64,000 nt of DNA from an uncultured Microthrixaceae bacterium (GCA_963806205.1 CAWDXF010000003.1:71760-135759), one strand, 5' to 3'; shown: positions 25,508-37,566, counted from the stretch's first letter. Notes: generated by a model not told the origin, from the sequence alone. Numbers and translations: made by a program.

Positions 25508-27274
25508 ATGCCTCCGCGGATGTCCGATCGGCGGATCCTCGTGCGCGGGTTCGTCCTGCTGTGGCGGTCCGTCCGCACCCACCCGCGCCCGTTCGCCGTC
25601 TCCCTCGCGGGCGCGACGATCTACGGCGTCATGGCCGTGGGCGGCACGATCGTGCTCGGTCGCGTCACGGACCGTGTGCTCACCCCCGCGTTCGAGGAGG
25701 GTGGCGTCGAGGGCAGCGCCGTGGCGATCGGAGCGGCCGCCATCGTGGGTGCCTCCGTGCTGCGGATGCTGGGGGTGGTCCTGCGCCGGTACTTCGGCCA
25801 GATGGCCCAGCGCCGCATGCAGGTCCACTGGTTCCAGCCGCGTCACGGACCGCTACCTGGCGGTGCCGCTGCGCTGGTTCGACGACCACCCTGCGGGCGA
25901 GCTGCTGGCCCACGCCGACGCGGACTGCGAGCGGGCCACGATGGCCATGCAGCCGCTGCCGTTCTCGCTCGGGGTCATCGTCATCATCGTGGTGTCGATG
26001 GTGCAGCTGGCGTTCGTCGACCCAGCGCTGCTCGGGGTCGGGCTGGCGCTGTTCCCGAGCCTCGCGCTGCTCAACAACGCCTACACGAAGCGGGTGGAGC
26101 GCCCCGCCGCCACCGCGCAGGCCCGCGTCGGCGACGTGTCCGCGGTCGCCCACGAGAGCTTCGAAGGCGTGCTCGTGGTCAAGACGCTCGGGCTCGAGGA
26201 GCGCGAGGTGGGGCGGCTCGACGCGGCCGCCCAGGAGCTGCGCGCCGGCCGCGCCTGGCCGTCGGCCGGCTGCGGGCCGGCTTCGAGCCGGGCCTCGACG
26301 CCCTCCCCAGCCTCGGCACCGTGGTGCTGCTGTGGCTCGGCGCCTGGCGGGTCTCGACGGGCGCGCTCACCACCGGCGAGCTCGTCCAGGCGATGGCCCT
26401 GTTCGGCATCCTCGCGTTCCCCTTCCGCGTCGTCGGCTTCCTCCTCGAGGAGCTGCCCGCGGGCGGTGGTCGCGCACGATCGGATCACGAAGGTGCTCGC
26501 CGCGGAGCCCCGCGGCGAGCCCAGCGAGCCCGTCCCGCTTCCCGACGGCGCCCTCGACGTCGTGGTGGACGACGTGTCGTTCGCGTACGGCGACGACCTC
26601 GTGCTGCGCGACGTCCGGGCCCGCCTCGCGCCCGGGGAGGTCGTCGCCCTCGTCGGGTCGACGGGCAGCGGGAAGACCACGCTGTGCAACCTCCTCGCCC
26701 ACCTGGTCGACCCCACCCTGGGCCAGATCCGCCTCGGCGGTGTCGATCTCGACGACCGCGGACCCTGCGGCGCTCGCGCGGGCCACGGCGTTCGTGTTCC
26801 AGGAGACCTTCCTCTTCGCCGACTCCGTGCGGGAGAACCTCTCCCTCGGCGGAGCCCTACGACGACGACGAGCTGTGGGCCGCACTCGAGGTGGCCCGCG
26901 CCCACCGCTTCGTGCACCGCCTGCGGCGGGGCCTCGACGAGGTGATCGGCGAGCGCGGCGTCACGCTCTCGGGCGGTCAGCGCCAGCGGCTCGCCCTCGC
27001 CCGCGCCCTGCTCCGGCGCCCCCGGCTCCTCCTCCTCGACGACGCCACCTCGGCCGTCGACCCGCGGGTCGAGCAGGCCATCCTGGCCGGGCTCCGCGGG
27101 TCCACCGAGGCCACCACGCTCGTGGTCGCCCACCGAGTCTCGACGATCGCGCTGGCCGACCGCGTGCTGCTGTTGGACGACGGCCGCATCGCGGCCGACG
27201 GCACCCACGACGAGCTCCTCGCCGTCCCCGCCTACGCCGCGCTGGTGCAGGCCTACGAGGAGGAGGCGGCGTGA
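25508..27274 (+). pseudogene. ABC exporter, fused permease-ATPase (type 1 exporter), about 5 frame changes
   Basis: Colinear pieces lie in all three frames. The TMD is in ORFs 25508.. and 25674... Walker A GSTGSGKTT is at about 26655..26681. Q-loop FVFQETFLF, signature LSGGQRQR at about 26966, and Walker B LLLLDDATSAVD are present. Confidence 0.85.
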
Positions 27275-29170
27275 CGCAGAGCGCCTCGACAGACCACGAC
27301 GCCGCGGTCGAGGCGCTGGCCGCCGCGTCGCCGCCCGGGAGCAGCGACCACGAACGCCGGCACGCCGACCCGTCGCCCGAGGAAGAGGCCCTCGCCGGCG
27401 CCGGCGCCATCGAGGTGCTGCGGCTCGGGCTCCGCGCCACGCCCGAGCTGCGCCAGGGGATCCTGCTCACCGTCACGCTGGCCGTGGCCACCGCGGTCGG
27501 GAAGCTCGCCGATTCCCGTGCTGATCCAGCAGATCCTGGATCGCGGCGTGCTCGGCGACCAGGGCTACCGGCCGGGGTTCGTCGCTGCGTCCTGCGCGGT
27601 CGTCGCAGTGCTCATCGGCCTCCTGTACGTGGTGAGCCGGGCGCATGTTCGTCCGCCTGATCCGGGCCGCCGAGGCGAGCCTCCTCGGCCTGCGGGTCCG
27701 CACCTTCGACCACATCCACCGCCTCTCGATGGCCGAGCACACCGAGAACCGCCGAGGCGCGCTCGTCGCGCGCGTGACGAGCGACGTCGAGACCCTGGCG
27801 CAGTTCACCGAGTGGGGCGCGGTCGCCTGGATCGTCGACAGCGTGCTCATCGTCACGACCCTGCTGGTCATGGCCGTGTACTCGTGGCAGCTCGCGCTGG
27901 TGGCGCTCGGTGATCTTCCTCCCGCTGCTCCCCCTCGAGCGGGCGCTGCAGCGCCGGCAGCTCGTGGCCTACGACGACGGTGCGCAGGCGGTCGGCGGCA
28001 CGCTGTCCGAGGTGGCCGAGCTCGTCGGCGGCGCGCCGGTCGTGCACGCGTACGGCCTCGAGGCGCCGCACGCGGCAGCCGGCTCGACGCCGCCATCGAC
28101 CGCCAGTACCGCGCCCAGCTGCGCGCGGCGCAGTGGTTCGCGCTGATGTTCCCGCTGGCCGACCTGTTCGGCGCGCTCGCCCTCGCCGCCGTGGTCGCGG
28201 TCGGGGCCACACAAGGGCCCGACTGGGGCCTCGGCTTCGGCGAGCTGATCGGCTTCGTCTTCCTGGTGAACCTGCTGCTCACGCCGATCTCGGAGCTCAG
28301 CGAGATCCTGGACCAGACCCAGACGGCGATCGCGGGGTGGCGCAAGATGCTCGGCGTCCTGGCGACACCGCTGGACGTCGTGGAGCCCGACCACGGCGCC
28401 GTCCTCCCGACGGGCCCGCTCGCGGTGCGCCTCGACGAGCGTGGGCTTCTCCTACCGGCACGGCCCGCCGGTGCTGCACGCGCATCGACCTCGACATCCC
28501 GCGCCGGCACGTCGGTCGCCGTCGTCGGCGAGACCGGCTCGGGCAAGACCACCATCGCCAAGCTGCTCTGCCGGCTGGCCGACCCGACCGCGGGCACGGT
28601 GCTCGTCGGCGGGCACGACCTCCGCGACGGTCGATCCCACGAGCCGGCGCCGCGCCATCCGCATGGTGCCCGCAGGACGGCTTCCTGTTCGACGCCACCA
28701 TCGCCGAGAACGTGCGCCTCGGCCGGGTCGGCGCGGACGACGCGCGAGGTGGCGGCGGCCTTCCGCGCCCTCGGCCTGGACGGCCTGGGTCGACGACCTG
28801 CCCGGCGGACTCGAGGCGCCCGTCGGCGAGCGGGGCGGGAACCTCTCCGTCGGCGAGCGCCAGCTCGTCGCCCTCGCCCGGGCCCAGCTCGGCGACGCCG
28901 GCCTGCTCATCCTCGACGAGGCGACCTCCTCGGTGGACCCGGAGACCGAGCAGGCCCTCGCCGAAGCCCTCGAGCGCCTGGCGGAGGGCCGCACGGTCGT
29001 GAGCATCGCCCACCGGCTCTCGACCGCCGAGCGGGCCGACACCGTGCTCGTGGTCGACGGCGGGGAGATCGTCGAGCGAGGGACCCACGCCGCCCTGGTG
29101 GCGGCAGGCGGGGTCTACGCCCGCCTGTACGAGAGCTGGCTCGGCAACACCCGCGCGGTCACTACCCTGA
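27271..29170 (+). pseudogene. ABC exporter, fused permease-ATPase (partner of 25508..27274), about 10 frame changes
   Basis: GTG 27271 overlaps the upstream TGA (GTGA). Pieces across three frames include LGLRVRTFDHIHRLSMAEH, GETGSGKTT, QDGFLFDATIAENV, LSVGERQLVALARA and LILDEATSSVD. The 3' end is uncertain. Confidence 0.85.
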
Positions 29171-29175
29171 CCGCC

Positions 29176-29623
29176 GTGGCCTCGATCGACGACGTCCGGC
29201 GCCTCGTGGCGCTCGACCACGGGCTGGCCTCGTTGTCGACCGTCCGCGGCGACGGGAGCGTGCACGTCACGGTCGTCAACTCCGGGTTGATCGACCACCC
29301 CGTGGACGGCACCGCGGTGGCGGCCTTCGTGGCGCGCCCGTTCACCCGCAAGCTCGCCAACCTGCGCCAGAACCCCGCGGCCACCCTCCAGTGGCGGGCC
29401 GGGTGGGCGTGGGTGGCGGCCGAGGGCACCGTGGAGGTGGTGGGACCGGGCGAGCCGCTCGCCGGCCTGCGACGCCGCGGCGGTCCCCTCGCTCCTGCGC
29501 ACGATCTACTCCGCGGCCGGGGGCGGCGAGCACGAGGACTGGGCCGAGTACGACCGCGTGATGGCGGCGGAGCAGCGCGTCGCGGTGCTGCTGCGCCCGA
29601 CGCGGATCTACGTCAACCCGTAG
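29176..29623 (+). pseudogene. PPOX-class probable F420-dependent enzyme (pyridoxamine 5'-phosphate oxidase fold), one frame break near 29465
   Basis: From GTG 29176: ASIDDVRRLVALDHGLASLSTVRGDGSVHVTVVN...KLANLRQNPAATLQWRAGWAWVAAEGTVEVVGP. The tail ...EDWAEYDRVMAAEQRVAVLLRPTRIYVNP-stop is in another frame. Confidence 0.6.
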
Positions 29624-30687
29624 CGACGCGGCTCGCGGATCCAGTCCGGGACGCGCTCGCGCAGGAGGTCGCCGGCCTCCGTCATCAGGTGCCCGGTGCC
29701 CGGGCACACCACCAGCTCGGTCGGTCCACCCGCGAGGTGGCACACTGCCTCGCTCGAGAACAGCGGGAGCAGCTCGTCGCGGTCGCCATGGAACGCGAGC
29801 AGCGGCGCGGTGAGGCCACCCGCCTCCTCGCACCCCGCCGACTGCGTCGCGAACGTGACGACGCCCTTGGCCCAGCTCCCCCATGGCCATGCCGGCCCGG
29901 ACGGCGATCGCGCCGCCGAAGCTGTGCCCGCCCGTCACGAACGCGAGCGCGCCCGTGCCGCGCCGCGAGGTCGGCCACCGCGAGCAGGTCGAGCGTGCAA
30001 AGGTCGACGTCGTTCGGACGGCGCCATCCCACCCGCAGCACGCCGATCCCGGACCCGGGCGTCGCCGAGCTCCTCGCCCAGCCACTGGTAGAGGCCGTCG
30101 GCGGGCCCGAGCAGCCCGCCCATCGCGCCGCCGCCGAGCACGACCACCGCCGGCGCGTCCGGGTCGCCGTGCCACAGCACCGTGAGCAGCCCGCGGAGCG
30201 TGAACACCTCCAGGTGGCGCAGGCCCGGGCCGAGCGCGACCTCCTGGCGCCCCAGCGCCTCGAGCATGTCGAGCGGACCCGGCCATCGCGCTACGCCGAC
30301 CGTGCCGTCGACGACGGCCTCGACCTCGACCTCGAGCCGCCAAGCCGGGTCGAGCAGCGCCGCCGACCACGACCGTGGTGTTGGCCGGGCGGATCTCGCG
30401 GAACACCTCGCCGTGCACCGCCGCCACGGCGTCGAAGTCGGCCGCGTCGACGAGGTACACGCGCGTGCGCACGACGTCCGCGAACGATGGCGCCCGCCTC
30501 GGCCAGCGCGGCGCCGATGATCTCGAAGCAGCGGCGGGCCTGCACGCCGGCATCGGGGTCGACGCGAGCCGTCGGGCCACTGCGGGGCGGTGCCGGAGAG
30601 CACGACCCGGTCGCCGACCCGGACCGCCCGGCTGTAGCCGACCACCGGCTCGTAGGGCGAACCCGAGGAGATCGTCCGCCGCTCCAT
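29608..30687 (-). pseudogene. RidA (YjgF/Rid family) domain fused in frame to an alpha/beta-hydrolase (dienelactone-hydrolase-like) domain; about 7 frame changes
   Basis: RidA pieces are [75 protein letters not shown] and [16 protein letters not shown]. The ORF continues without a stop into [18 protein letters not shown]. Then come [14 protein letters not shown] (GxSxG), LAFHGDRDELL and CPGTGHLM. Confidence 0.7.
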
Positions 30688-30741
30688 CGCGGCACCCTAC
30701 CGGTGGCGCCGCGGCCGGCTGTTCGAGTAGCCAAGCCCGGC

Positions 30742-31450
30742 ATGACCTGGCGGCGCCGCGCTGCGCGACCTCTCGGCGCCCGTCGTCCACCGCCTCTGGT
30801 ACTGGATGCGATGGGCGGGCTCGGTCGGACCCGGTGACGCCCGTGGCCGGCGGTTCGCCCACCTCGGCGAGGGCGCGCTCCTCACGTTCCCGTTCGGCGA
30901 CCTGCTCGGCGAGGAGCACATCTCCATCGGCGCCGGGACGCTCGTCGCCCCGCACGTGTCCCTCTCGGTCGGCATGGCATCCGGACAGCCGCTGCCGCCC
31001 GGGGCCACGAGCCCGGTGCTGCGGATCGGCGCACCGGTGCTCGATCGGGCGGGGCAACCACCTCGTCGCCCACCGGTCCGTGGTCATCGGCGACGACGTG
31101 ATCACCGGGCCCCGAACTGCTACGTGACCGACCAGAACCACGTGTACGCGGACCCGGCCGTGCCGATCGGCCGAGCAGTGGCCGGCCGAGGACCCCGTCG
31201 AGATCGGCAGCGGGTCGTGGATCGGCGCCGGGGCGGTCATCCTGCCGGGCACACGGCTCGGGCGGAACACCGTGGTCGCCGCGGGCGCCGTCGTGCGGGG
31301 CGAGTTTCCCGATCACGCCGTGCTGGCAGGCGTGCCCGCCCGGCTCGTGCGGCGCTGCGACCCCGCCGAGGGCTGGCAGCCGGCGCTGCGCGACGCTGCA
31401 CATCGAGCCGCCCGCCGGGCTGGCCGGTCGCCGGACCGGGGCGACGGTAG
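30742..31450 (+). pseudogene. Hexapeptide-repeat (LbH) acyl/acetyltransferase, about 4 frame changes
   Basis: Pieces across frames: HISIGAGTLVAPHVSLS, IGRGNHLVAHRSVVIGDDVITGP, YVTDQNHVYADP, IGSGSWIGAGAVILPGTRLGRNTVVAAGAVV and VLAGVPARLV. Confidence 0.65.
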
Positions 31451-31483
31451 GGTCCGCAGCACCACGACGACAGGGGGTCGGGG

Positions 31484-32632
31484 ATGGCCGAGATCCAGGG
31501 CAGGTGCGACGAGCGCGTTCGCGGGAGTGCGGGACGTGCTCGTCGCCAACCTCGACGCGGGCAAGGACGTCGGGCGCGTCGGTCGCCGTCGTCCACGACG
31601 GTGAGCTGGTCGTCGACCTGTGGGGCGGCACGATCGACGACGACGGCACCCCGTGGGCCGAGGACACGATCATCAACGTCTGGTCGACGACGAAGACCAT
31701 GACGGCGCTGTGCGCGCTGCTCCTCGCCGACCGCGGCGAGCTCGACCTGCACGCGCCCGTGGCCGACCTACTGGCCGGAGTTCGCGGCCGAGGGCAAGGA
31801 GGGCGTGCTCGTCTGCCACCTGCTCGGGCACACCGCGGGTCTGCCGGGGTTGGACGAGCCGATGGTGCCCGAGGACCTGTACGACTGGGAGAAGTGCCAC
31901 GCCCGCCTCGCGGCCCAGGCGCCGTGGTGGGAGCCGGGCACCGCCTCGGGCTACCACGCCATCACGCAGGGCTACCTCGTGGGCGAGGTGGTGCGGCGCG
32001 TCACGCGGCCGCACCGCTCGGCACCTTCTTCGCCGAGGAGCTGGCCGGCCCGCTGGGCGCCGACTTCCACATCGGCACCGGCCCGGAGCACGACGACCGC
32101 GTGGCGCTGGTCATCCCGCCCGAGGGCGAGTCGCTCGTGGCCGGCCTCGAGCCCGGGCAGCATCCCGGCCCGCGTCTTCACGGCAACCCGGCGGGGTCGG
32201 ACGCCGCGCGTCGCGTGGACGGAGGGGTGGCGCCGCTGCGAGAGCCCCGCCGCCAACGGGCACGGCAACGCCCGGTCCGTCGGCGCGCGTGCAGTCGGTC
32301 CTGTCCCACGGCGGCGAGGTCGACGGCATCCGCCTCCTGTCGCCCGCCGGCTGCGAGGCCGCATTCGAGGAGCAGGCCAAGGGCGACGGACCTCGTGCTC
32401 GGCGTGCCGCTCTGCCTCGGCATGGGCTACGGCATCAACTCCGCCGAGCTGCCCATCGCGCCCGAACCCGCGCGCCTGCTTCTGGGGCGGCTGGGGTGGC
32501 TCGATCGTCATCAACGACCTCGACGCCCGCCTCACCGTCGCCTACGTCATGAACCGCATGGGCGAGGGCACGACCGGCGACGACCGCGGCATCGGCATCG
32601 CGCTCGCCACCTTCATGGCCGTGATGGGCTGA
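31484..32632 (+). pseudogene. Serine hydrolase (class C beta-lactamase/esterase family), about 6 frame changes
   Basis: VWSTTKTMTALCALLLADRGELDL (SxxK motif), LLGHTAGLPG, YHAITQGYLVGEVV, HGNARS, and FWGGWGGSIVINDLDARLTVAYVMN spread over three frames. Confidence 0.8.
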
Positions 32633-32635
32633 GCC

Positions 32636-33122
32636 CTGGGGCTAGCCGTCGGCCACCTGCTCGTCGTCTGGCACCCGCGGCCGCCGTCGATCGCGCAGCT
32701 GCGCGACGCGGTGCTGGCCGGCATCGAGCGACGCCGGCACCGGACTGCGACGTCCGGTCGCTCGCGGCGCCCGACGCGGGCGTCGACGACGTGGAGGGAG
32801 CGGCCGCGCGCCGTGCTCGTGACGCCCGGAGAACTTCGGCATGGTGTCCGGGCTCGTGAAGGACTTCCTCGAGCGCATCTACCCGTGGTTCGAGGAGGTG
32901 CCGAACCGCCGACCCGGGCCTCCCGTACCTGCTCGTCGTCGAAGGGCGCGTCCGACGGCACCGGCGCGGTGCGCGACGTCACGCGCATCCTCACTGGGCT
33001 GCGGTGGCGGGAGGTCCTGCCCCCGATCGTGATCGCGGGGAGCGGTGGCCGACGAGCACATCGCCGCGCGTGCGGGAGCAGGCGGCCACGCTCGCAATCG
33101 GCGTCGACACCGGCGTGTTCTG
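32636..33122 (+). pseudogene. Flavodoxin-like fold NAD(P)H-dependent oxidoreductase, several frame changes; start not identifiable
   Basis: Pieces are LLVVWHPRPPSIAQLRDAVLAGIE, MVSGLVKDFLERIYPWFEEVPNRRPG, LPYLLVVEG..SDGTGAVRDVTRILTGLRWREVLPPIVIAGS and REQAATLAIGVDTGVF-stop at 33122. Confidence 0.5.
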
Positions 33123-33139
33123 ACGGCCAGACTCGCTCG

Positions 33140-33975
33140 ATGCCCCCCGTCGAGCTCGTCGTCACCGACCTCGACGGCACGCTGTGGCACACCGACGACC
33201 GACGTGCACGAGCGACGTCGTCGCCGCGCTCCGTGAGCTGGAGCGCCGCGGCGTGCCGTGGCTGGTGGCCACCGGCCGCCGGGTGGCCTCGACGCGGGCG
33301 CCCGCTCGCCGCGGTCGGCATGGCCCCGCCCGCCGTGGTGCTGAACGGCGCGCTCGGGCCTCGACCTGCCACCGGCGAGCGCTTCCACCGCGCCACCGTT
33401 CCCGACCGACCAGGCGGTCGCCGCGGTCGCCGCGTTCCGATCCGTCGGGCTCGACCCGGTCGTCTACGTCGACCATCCGGACGTCGACGTGTTCCTCGGC
33501 CCCGTCCCCGCCACCAACCCGGCAGCACGTCGACCGACCTCGGCGACCACGGCCGCCACCGACGACCTCGCCCGCGTGGCCGCCGAGGAGATCGTGCTCG
33601 GGTTCGGCATGATCGGCGTGCCCCACCGCCGACGGCGTCGCCGCCGTCGGCGCGCTCGGCGAGCTGCGGTCGAGGTCCACCTCGACCGCTCGCATCGACT
33701 ACCCCGGCATGGCGTCGCTCACCGTCGCGCCGCAGGGCCAGTCGAAGTGGGATGGCGTGCTCGCGTTCTGCGCCGCCCGCGGCCTGCGGTCCGACCGCGT
33801 GCTCGCGGTGGCCGACGGCCCCAACGACCTCGAGCTGCTCGAGCCACGCCGCCGTGCGCGGCGGTGCCAGCGGTGGCCCACCCCGCCGCCCTCGAGCGCG
33901 CCGACCACGTGATCCCCGCCGCCGCCGACGGCGGCTGGGCCGGCCGTGCTCGCGCTGCTCGGCGACCTCAGCCCT
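33140..33975 (+). pseudogene. HAD-superfamily (Cof-type, IIB) hydrolase, about 6 frame changes; 3' end uncertain
   Basis: ATG 33140 MPPVELVVTDLDGTLWH (DxDGT motif), VPWLVATGRR, PAVVLNGALG, SKWDGVLAFCAARGL and VLAVADGPNDLELL across frames. Confidence 0.7.
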
Positions 33976-34289
33976 GCGTCCTCGTCGTCGGCGCGCCGGC
34001 GACGGAGGTCCCGAGCTGCGTCGGCCAGGCCGGTGGCCAGGCCGGCCGCGCCGCTCCACCACCGCGGCCAGGTAGTGCTCGGCCACCGCGCCCTGCCCCT
34101 GCAGCGGCGGGTCGCCGAGTGAGCGCAGGAGCGCGGTGGGGTCGGGCGCCGCGACGATCGGCGGCGGGGTCGGCCAGCTGGGGCACGGGCCGCCACAGGT
34201 CGGGCCGCTTGGGCTTCTGCCCGCCGCCGCCGGCGGCGGTTGCGGCTTCGCGGCTCTTGCGGCTGGTTCTGGCTGCCGACGTCGGTCAT
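33968..34289 (-). pseudogene. Hypothetical small basic protein downstream of the SNF2 helicase, frame-broken
   Basis: ATG 34289 overlaps the helicase stop (ATGA). It reads MTDVGSQNQPQEPRSRNRRRRRR..., then continues as PPIVAAPDPTALLRSLGDPPLQGQGAVAEHYLAAVVER in another frame. The stop is at 33968. Confidence 0.4.
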
Positions 34290-37200
34290 GTCGCGTCCTC
34301 CGTGAGGAGCGTGTCGGTCCGCAGGCCGAGGGCCACGCGGAGCTGGTCGGCGTCGAGGTCGGACAGCGAGCTCGACTTGGGCAGCACGAGGTCGGCGATG
34401 TGGCGCTTGCCGGCCACGACCTCCTCGACGCGCTCGTCGACCGTGCCGGGGCACACGAGGCGGTGCGACACCACCGTGCGGGTCTGGCCGATGCGCCAGG
34501 CGCGGTCACGGGCCTGGTCCTCCACCGCCGGGTTCCACCAGCGGTCGTAGAGCACGACGTGGCTCGCGGCGGTGAGGTTCAGGCCCGGTGCCGCCCGCCT
34601 TGAGGGACAGCACGAGCGCGCCGGGACCGGTGCCCTGCTGGAACTCGTGCACGAGCCTGTCGCGGGCACCCCGGGCGAGGCCGCCGTGGTAGCAGGCGAT
34701 CGGCGACCCCGGTGACCTCGGTGAGGTGGTCGGCGAGCTTCTTGCCCCACTCGGCGAAGTGGGTGAACACCAGGATGCGCTCCTCCGCCGCGAAGACCGA
34801 CTCGACGATCTCCTCGAGGCGGGCCAGCTTGCCGGAGCGACCCGCCAGCGGCACGTCGTCGTCCTGGTACGCGGCCGGGTGGTTGCAGATCTGCTTGAGC
34901 GCGGTGATCGCGGCGAGGATCGCACCCTGCTTCGGGTCGCCTCCGCTGCTCGCGGTGTCGGCCACCAGGCTGTCGAGCACGGCCTGGTAGAGCCCGATCT
35001 GCTCCGGGCGTCATCGTGCAGTGGTCGAGCTCGTCGATGCGGTCGGGCAGCTCGGCGGCCACCTCGGGCTCGGTCTTCGTGCGGCGGAACACGAGGATGC
35101 CGTTGAGGGCCCGCAGCGCGGCCTCGCCCTCGCCGGAGAGCTGGGCCATGAACGCCGGGCGGGTGCCGACGAGGCCGGGGTTCGTGAAGTCGAGGATGGC
35201 CCAGAGGTCGCCGAGGCCGTTCTCGATCGGCGTGCCCGTCAGCGCGAGCTTCGACGCCGCGGGGATGCGGCGGAGCTGCTGCGCCGTCTCGTTGGCCGGG
35301 TTCTTGATGGCCTGCGCCTCGTCGAGGACCATGCGGCCCCAGTCCAGGCCGGCCAGCGCCTCGACGTCGCGGACGGCGGTGCCGTAGGTGGTGATGACGA
35401 CGTCGGCCTTCTTCACCTTGGCCTTCAGCTCGCGTGCGGTGGCCCGCGACGCGCCGTGGTGCACGACCACCTTCAGCTTGGGCGTGAACTTGTGCGCCTC
35501 CGCCTGCCCAGTTGCCCGACCACGGCGGGCGGGGCGATCACGAGGGTCGGGCCGACGGTCGGTGGTGCGGCGCGATGTGGGCCAGCATCGTCGGCGTCTT
35601 GCCGAGGCCCATGTCGAGGGCGAGGCAGCCGCCGAGGCTCGACCGCGTCGAGGAAGCCGAGCCAGCCGAGCGCCTCGGCCTGGTACGACCGCAGCTCGCC
35701 CTGGAACCCCGGCGGGACGGTGACCGGGTCGGTGGACGCGTGGCTCGCCTTCTCCAGCAGCTCGCTGGCCCAGCCCGCGCCCTCGACCTGGATGCCACCG
35801 GCGAGGCCCGGTCCCTCGAGGCCGACGGCGTGGCGCAGGATCTCGGCGCCGGTGAGCTTCGTGCGGTTGGCGTGCTCCGCCAGCGCGGCGGCCGCCTCCT
35901 TGAGGTCGGCGCGGTCGAGCTCGACCCACCTGCCCCGGGAGCGCACGAGCGGCCGCGCCTCCGCGGCCAGCTTGGCGATGTCCGCAGCGGACAGCTCGAC
36001 GTCGTCGAACACGGCGGACCAACGGACGTTGCTCAGCTGGTTGGCGCCGACCACCGTGTCGCCCGTCGGCTCGGTGAACATGCGCAGCCCGGGCGAGGGC
36101 TTGCGACGGGACAGGATCGGCACCCGGGCCTCGAACCCGGCCGCCTCGAGCGCGCGGCCGGTGATCGTCATCAGCTCCCAGGCCTCGGTCTGGCTCAGGT
36201 ACACCTGGCCGCGCCGGAGGGCGCCGGGGCGGAGCAGCGCCGGGAGGAGGCGCTCGAGCCGGTTGAGGTCGTCGGCCAGCGGGGTGGTGGCGCGGCTGTC
36301 GGTGAGCGCCTGCTCGATCGGGAGCAGGCCGCCCTCCGCGCCGGGACCGAGGACGGACAGGAACCAGGCGCCGCTGCTGTCCGGCGGGTCGAGCTGCACG
36401 ACGAGCCGGCTGCGGACGGGACCCACCACCGGGCGGGCCCAGCGGTCGATGCGCTTGGAGACCTCGGCGCCGGCCGCGACGGGGGCGTCGAACCCGGAGC
36501 CGTCGAGCCGCGTGATGAACGCCTCGGCCACCGCGGCCGGCGTCTGCGTGGTGGGCGGCGGCGCCGGCAGCTCGAGCATCCCGGCCGCGGTCGCGCACGA
36601 TGGCGTCCACGACGGCGCCGAGCACCTCGAGGGTGGTGGCGCGCGCGTCGCTGCGGCGCGAGCAGGGCGATGGCGCCCGGCATCGCCGCGGTGAGCTCGT
36701 CGAGCTGCTTGGCGTCGACGAGGGCCGGCGCCCAGCGCACGGCGAGGTCGAGGCTCTTGCCGTTGGGCCGCTTGGTGCCCCGCAGGGTCGGGACGACCGC
36801 GCCGCGAGCGACGAGGCGCACGGCCTCGACGGCCACCCGGCCGAGCCACGTCACGCTGGCGCCGACGCCCTCGCGGCCGAGGCCGCTGCCCACCGCGGCG
36901 AGCCACCCGAGGCAGCCCTTGACGGGGATCGACAGCGCGGCGGCCTTGGCGCCGTTGGGCAGCACGACGTCGGCGTGGAGGCTCCAGCCCGTCTCGGGGC
37001 CGCCGATGGCCTCGAGGCGGTCGGCCAGCTGGCCGTTGTCCGCGGGCGCCGCGTCGGGACCTGCGGCCCACACGACGACCTCGCCCGCCGACCAGGAGGC
37101 CTGGAGGCGCACCTCACCGGCCGGGTCGGCCGCGGCGATGGCGGCGACCGGGTCCTCGACCTTGGTGAGCAGGTCGTAGGCCGCCTCGAGGCGGGCCAGC

Positions 37201-37412
37201 TCCTGCTCGAAGTCGGCCACCACCTGGTCGCGCTCGGGCCCGTCGATCTGCCGGACCGCGTCGAGCTGCTCCTCCACGTCGTCGAGGAGGCGCTCCAGGG
37301 TGCGGCGCCAGCCGGCCGGATCGGCTTCGAGCTGGGCCAGCTGCTTGGCGGTGGCCGTGCCCTCGGCGGCCGCCCACGCGGCGGTCTCCAGAGCACGTGT
37401 TGCGTCGGGCAT
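34286..37412 (-). pseudogene. SNF2-family (HelZ/RapA-like) helicase, about 1040 aa, about 8 frame changes
   Basis: ATG 37412. A long N-terminal region is followed by LRSYQAEALGWLGFL, LALDMGLGKT, VLDEAQAIKNP, LALTGTPIENGLGDLW, KLARLEEIV...ILVFTHF, SLKAGGTG and LYDRWWNPAVEDQARDRAWRIGQ. The pieces are colinear over ORFs 36195.., 35473.., 34286.., 34579.. and 34506... Confidence 0.9.
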
Positions 37413-37566
37413 CGTGGACCGGCCCCCCTTGGGCCGTTCGCCTCCTGCCGTCTTCCTCCGGGAGGCATCCCGCTGGCACTCCACCGCCCCGGGCTGGGGC
37501 GGGAGGCCGAGCACGTCAAGGGTACCGCACGCCTCCCCCGAGAGCACCTTCCGGCTCAGGTCCCGC

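Noticed and set aside
25300-37412. Programmed ribosomal frameshifting or recoding as an explanation for the frame changes
   Set aside because: There are far too many sites, in unrelated genes and in both directions. I saw no slippery heptamers or stimulatory structures at the junctions. Indel errors or recent decay are the only reasonable explanations.
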